The notes under the pieces were generated by a model. It had not been told where the DNA came from and searched no databases. It saw nothing but the letters and a program-made list of their open reading frames with translations. A DNA stretch of 64,000 bases from assembly GCA_010909165.1 (NCBI GenBank), contig MU008182.1:186001-250000 (forward strand), read 5' to 3'. The position numbers and the translations under genes were made by a program. The stretch comes from Anthoceros angustus. Taxonomy: Eukaryota > Plantae > Anthocerotophyta. Below, in pieces: positions 62,101 through 64,000 of the stretch; positions within the stretch are counted from its first letter, which is position 1, and the number at the start of each line of letters is the position of its first letter.

Positions 62101-64000
62101 GCTTGAGGAGCTGCAGTTCAAGCAGTCACGCCAGCTTGTTCCTATCAAGCCATCTTTTCCAAAAACAATGGTATAAGGTTGCCACTTTGGAAGCTAACTG
62201 TTTTGCAGTTTTGGATGTTAGTGATATTTGTGGCATATGCTCATATTCACTTGGCTTGGCAGACGAGAGTGGGAGCGTGTTTTGTCTAGACAACGGTCAC
62301 AACCTCATGGTTCAACGGTAGCTGGACATGGAGATTATGACTCTCCACGGTACTTGGGGCTCCTCTGAGCGCCTTTTATGCTACAGTTAGGAGAGGAAGT
62401 AGTGCTGGAAGTGCAAATGAACGCCCAAGCTATGAAAGGGATTCATTTTCCCATTCCAGGCCGTACTCTAGCTTTGGTAGGAGTCCATCCTATCGTGTGT
62501 ATGATGGATTAGATCGTGATCGTGAAGGACAGAGGGATCGTGACTGGGATTGGGAGCGAGATAGAGACCGAGAGTTTCGTGATAGAGAAAGGGAGAGAGC
62601 ATTGGCGTTTGGTGCTGGAGATGATAGGGATATAGAGCGTGAGCGCTCAGACACAACTTTCAAGGCCAACTACTTCAGGAACTGCAGGCAGGTATGAGTC
62701 AGATTTGGCTCTACGGCGATCTCAGTCTCTCGGTTCAAACAGGGGTCAGAGAACGGGAGAAGAAAGCTGTAGGTGAGTTAGGTGGACTCCCAACAGCAGC
62801 CCCAACAGTCAGTAGTGTTAGTCTGACTAGCAGTATGCAAAAGGCTGCGTTTGAACGAAATTTTCCTTCTCTTGGGGCTCAGGAAAGGCAGAGCGCTATT
62901 CAATCTGGCACTGGGAATGTAGCAGTGCTGAGTCCTCGACCTTCATGGCAGGGATCCACTTCACGGCCAGATGGAAGAACTGGTGCTTCTCCTGGGATGC
63001 CATCCACTCAGGGTGCGATCTCTGGAAGTTCTTCAGCTGGTGGTGTTGTGAGCATTGGGGCAGAAGGGTGGAATTCGGCTCTTGCTGAAGCACCCCCTGT
63101 TGTGAGCAGCACTGTCCCAGTAAATAATGGGGTGTCTCCAGGAGTGGCCACTGTAACAACTATAAGTCCAACCCCACACTCTGGAGGCACTTTATCAACC
63201 TCTTTGAGTGCTCCAAAGATGGCTGAAACTTTGGCTCAGAATCCTTCTCGAATCAGGACTCCTCCCCAGGTGAGGCTGCTGTTCCTGGGTGTTATTTGCC
63301 AGCCTTACATGAACTTTCCTGACTTCTTACACAAAAATGGTGCCACTTTAACTTTCGTCATTGTTAACCTTGTTCCCAGTTTGTGGTGGAGACCCAGACT
63401 CAGAGGCTTGAGGAGCTGCAGTTCAAGCAGTCACGCCAGCTTGTTCCTATCAAGCCATCTTTTCCAAAAACAATGGTATATACACTGTGACCACTGTCAG
63501 AATGTATGTTCGAGCTCTATGAGCAGTCTCTTTGTTTGCGATTAGTCATGCAAATTGTTCTGCAGGGAGTAAGCCCAAGGGATAAATCAAAGACTAAGGT
63601 GGTGAGAGCTGTGGACGTCGTTGCACCGATTCCAACAAAATTGTCCCAGCCTTCAGGCTCTTCACAGCTTCTAAGTGCACCTTACCGGCTACCAGCTGCC
63701 ATGGCAAGAACCGAGACATTGAAGACAGCCCCTCCTGGGAAGCTTCTCGTAAACAAGGCAAGGAAAGAAGCAAATCCTGGTACTGTACTAACAGCAACTT
63801 CTATGAAGGCTGATAACATCCCAGCCAGTGCTGGAACGGTGGGTACAGTGGTGGCAGGCTTGGTATCCTCAGGTTCTCTAGCAGCAAATACAATGGCGGC
63901 TCCTCCTCGGAAGCAAAAACAGTTGCTGGACCGTAGAGCCGTGCCAATTACCCCGATTTCTGTGTCTTCAGGCTTGGAGGGAGGCAATGGACTACGGATT
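59116..64000 (+). CDS. Conserved uncharacterised land-plant protein (recalled as the Arabidopsis AT1G36990/AT4G08510-like family), spliced; runs off the window
   Basis: Exon 1 59116-59212 MERSEPSLVPEWLKG with GT donor at 59213. Exon 2 copies start at 59816, 60961 and 62263 (RD/RE repeats, FERNFPSLG), ending 61968 and 63269. Exon 63380-63475 FVVETQTQRLEELQFKQSRQLVPIKPSFPKTM. Next exon starts 63566. GT-AG boundaries. Confidence 0.85.

Overview
Eukaryotic land-plant DNA, probably from a seed-free lineage (inference). About 58 kb of nested transposable elements is followed by one intron-containing host gene. The sequence is indel-rich, so nearly all ORFs are frameshifted, and it has many local duplications that look like noisy long-read assembly artefacts. 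Target-site duplications (TSDs) resolve the nesting. A 24.7-kb CACTA element (10370-35049, TSD GCG) sits in a Ty3/Gypsy gag-pol. It contains a second CACTA (22349-27642, TSD ACT) and a 3.6-kb ORF-bearing solo-LTR-like insert (28487-32088, TSD GACAC/GACAT). The standout is a Ty3/Gypsy retrotransposon (about 37317-46889, +, split by a 4.9-kb insert with TSD CTAGG). Its polyprotein reads protease, DNMT3-like C5 cytosine methyltransferase, RT, RNase H, integrase, PHD finger, so it carries both a DNA-methylation writer and a putative histone reader. The host gene at 59116-64000 encodes a conserved plant protein (MERSEPSLVPEWL...FERNFPSLG...QRLEELQFKQSRQL) whose exons appear in three partial copies. 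All calls come from manual reading and translation; no searches were run.
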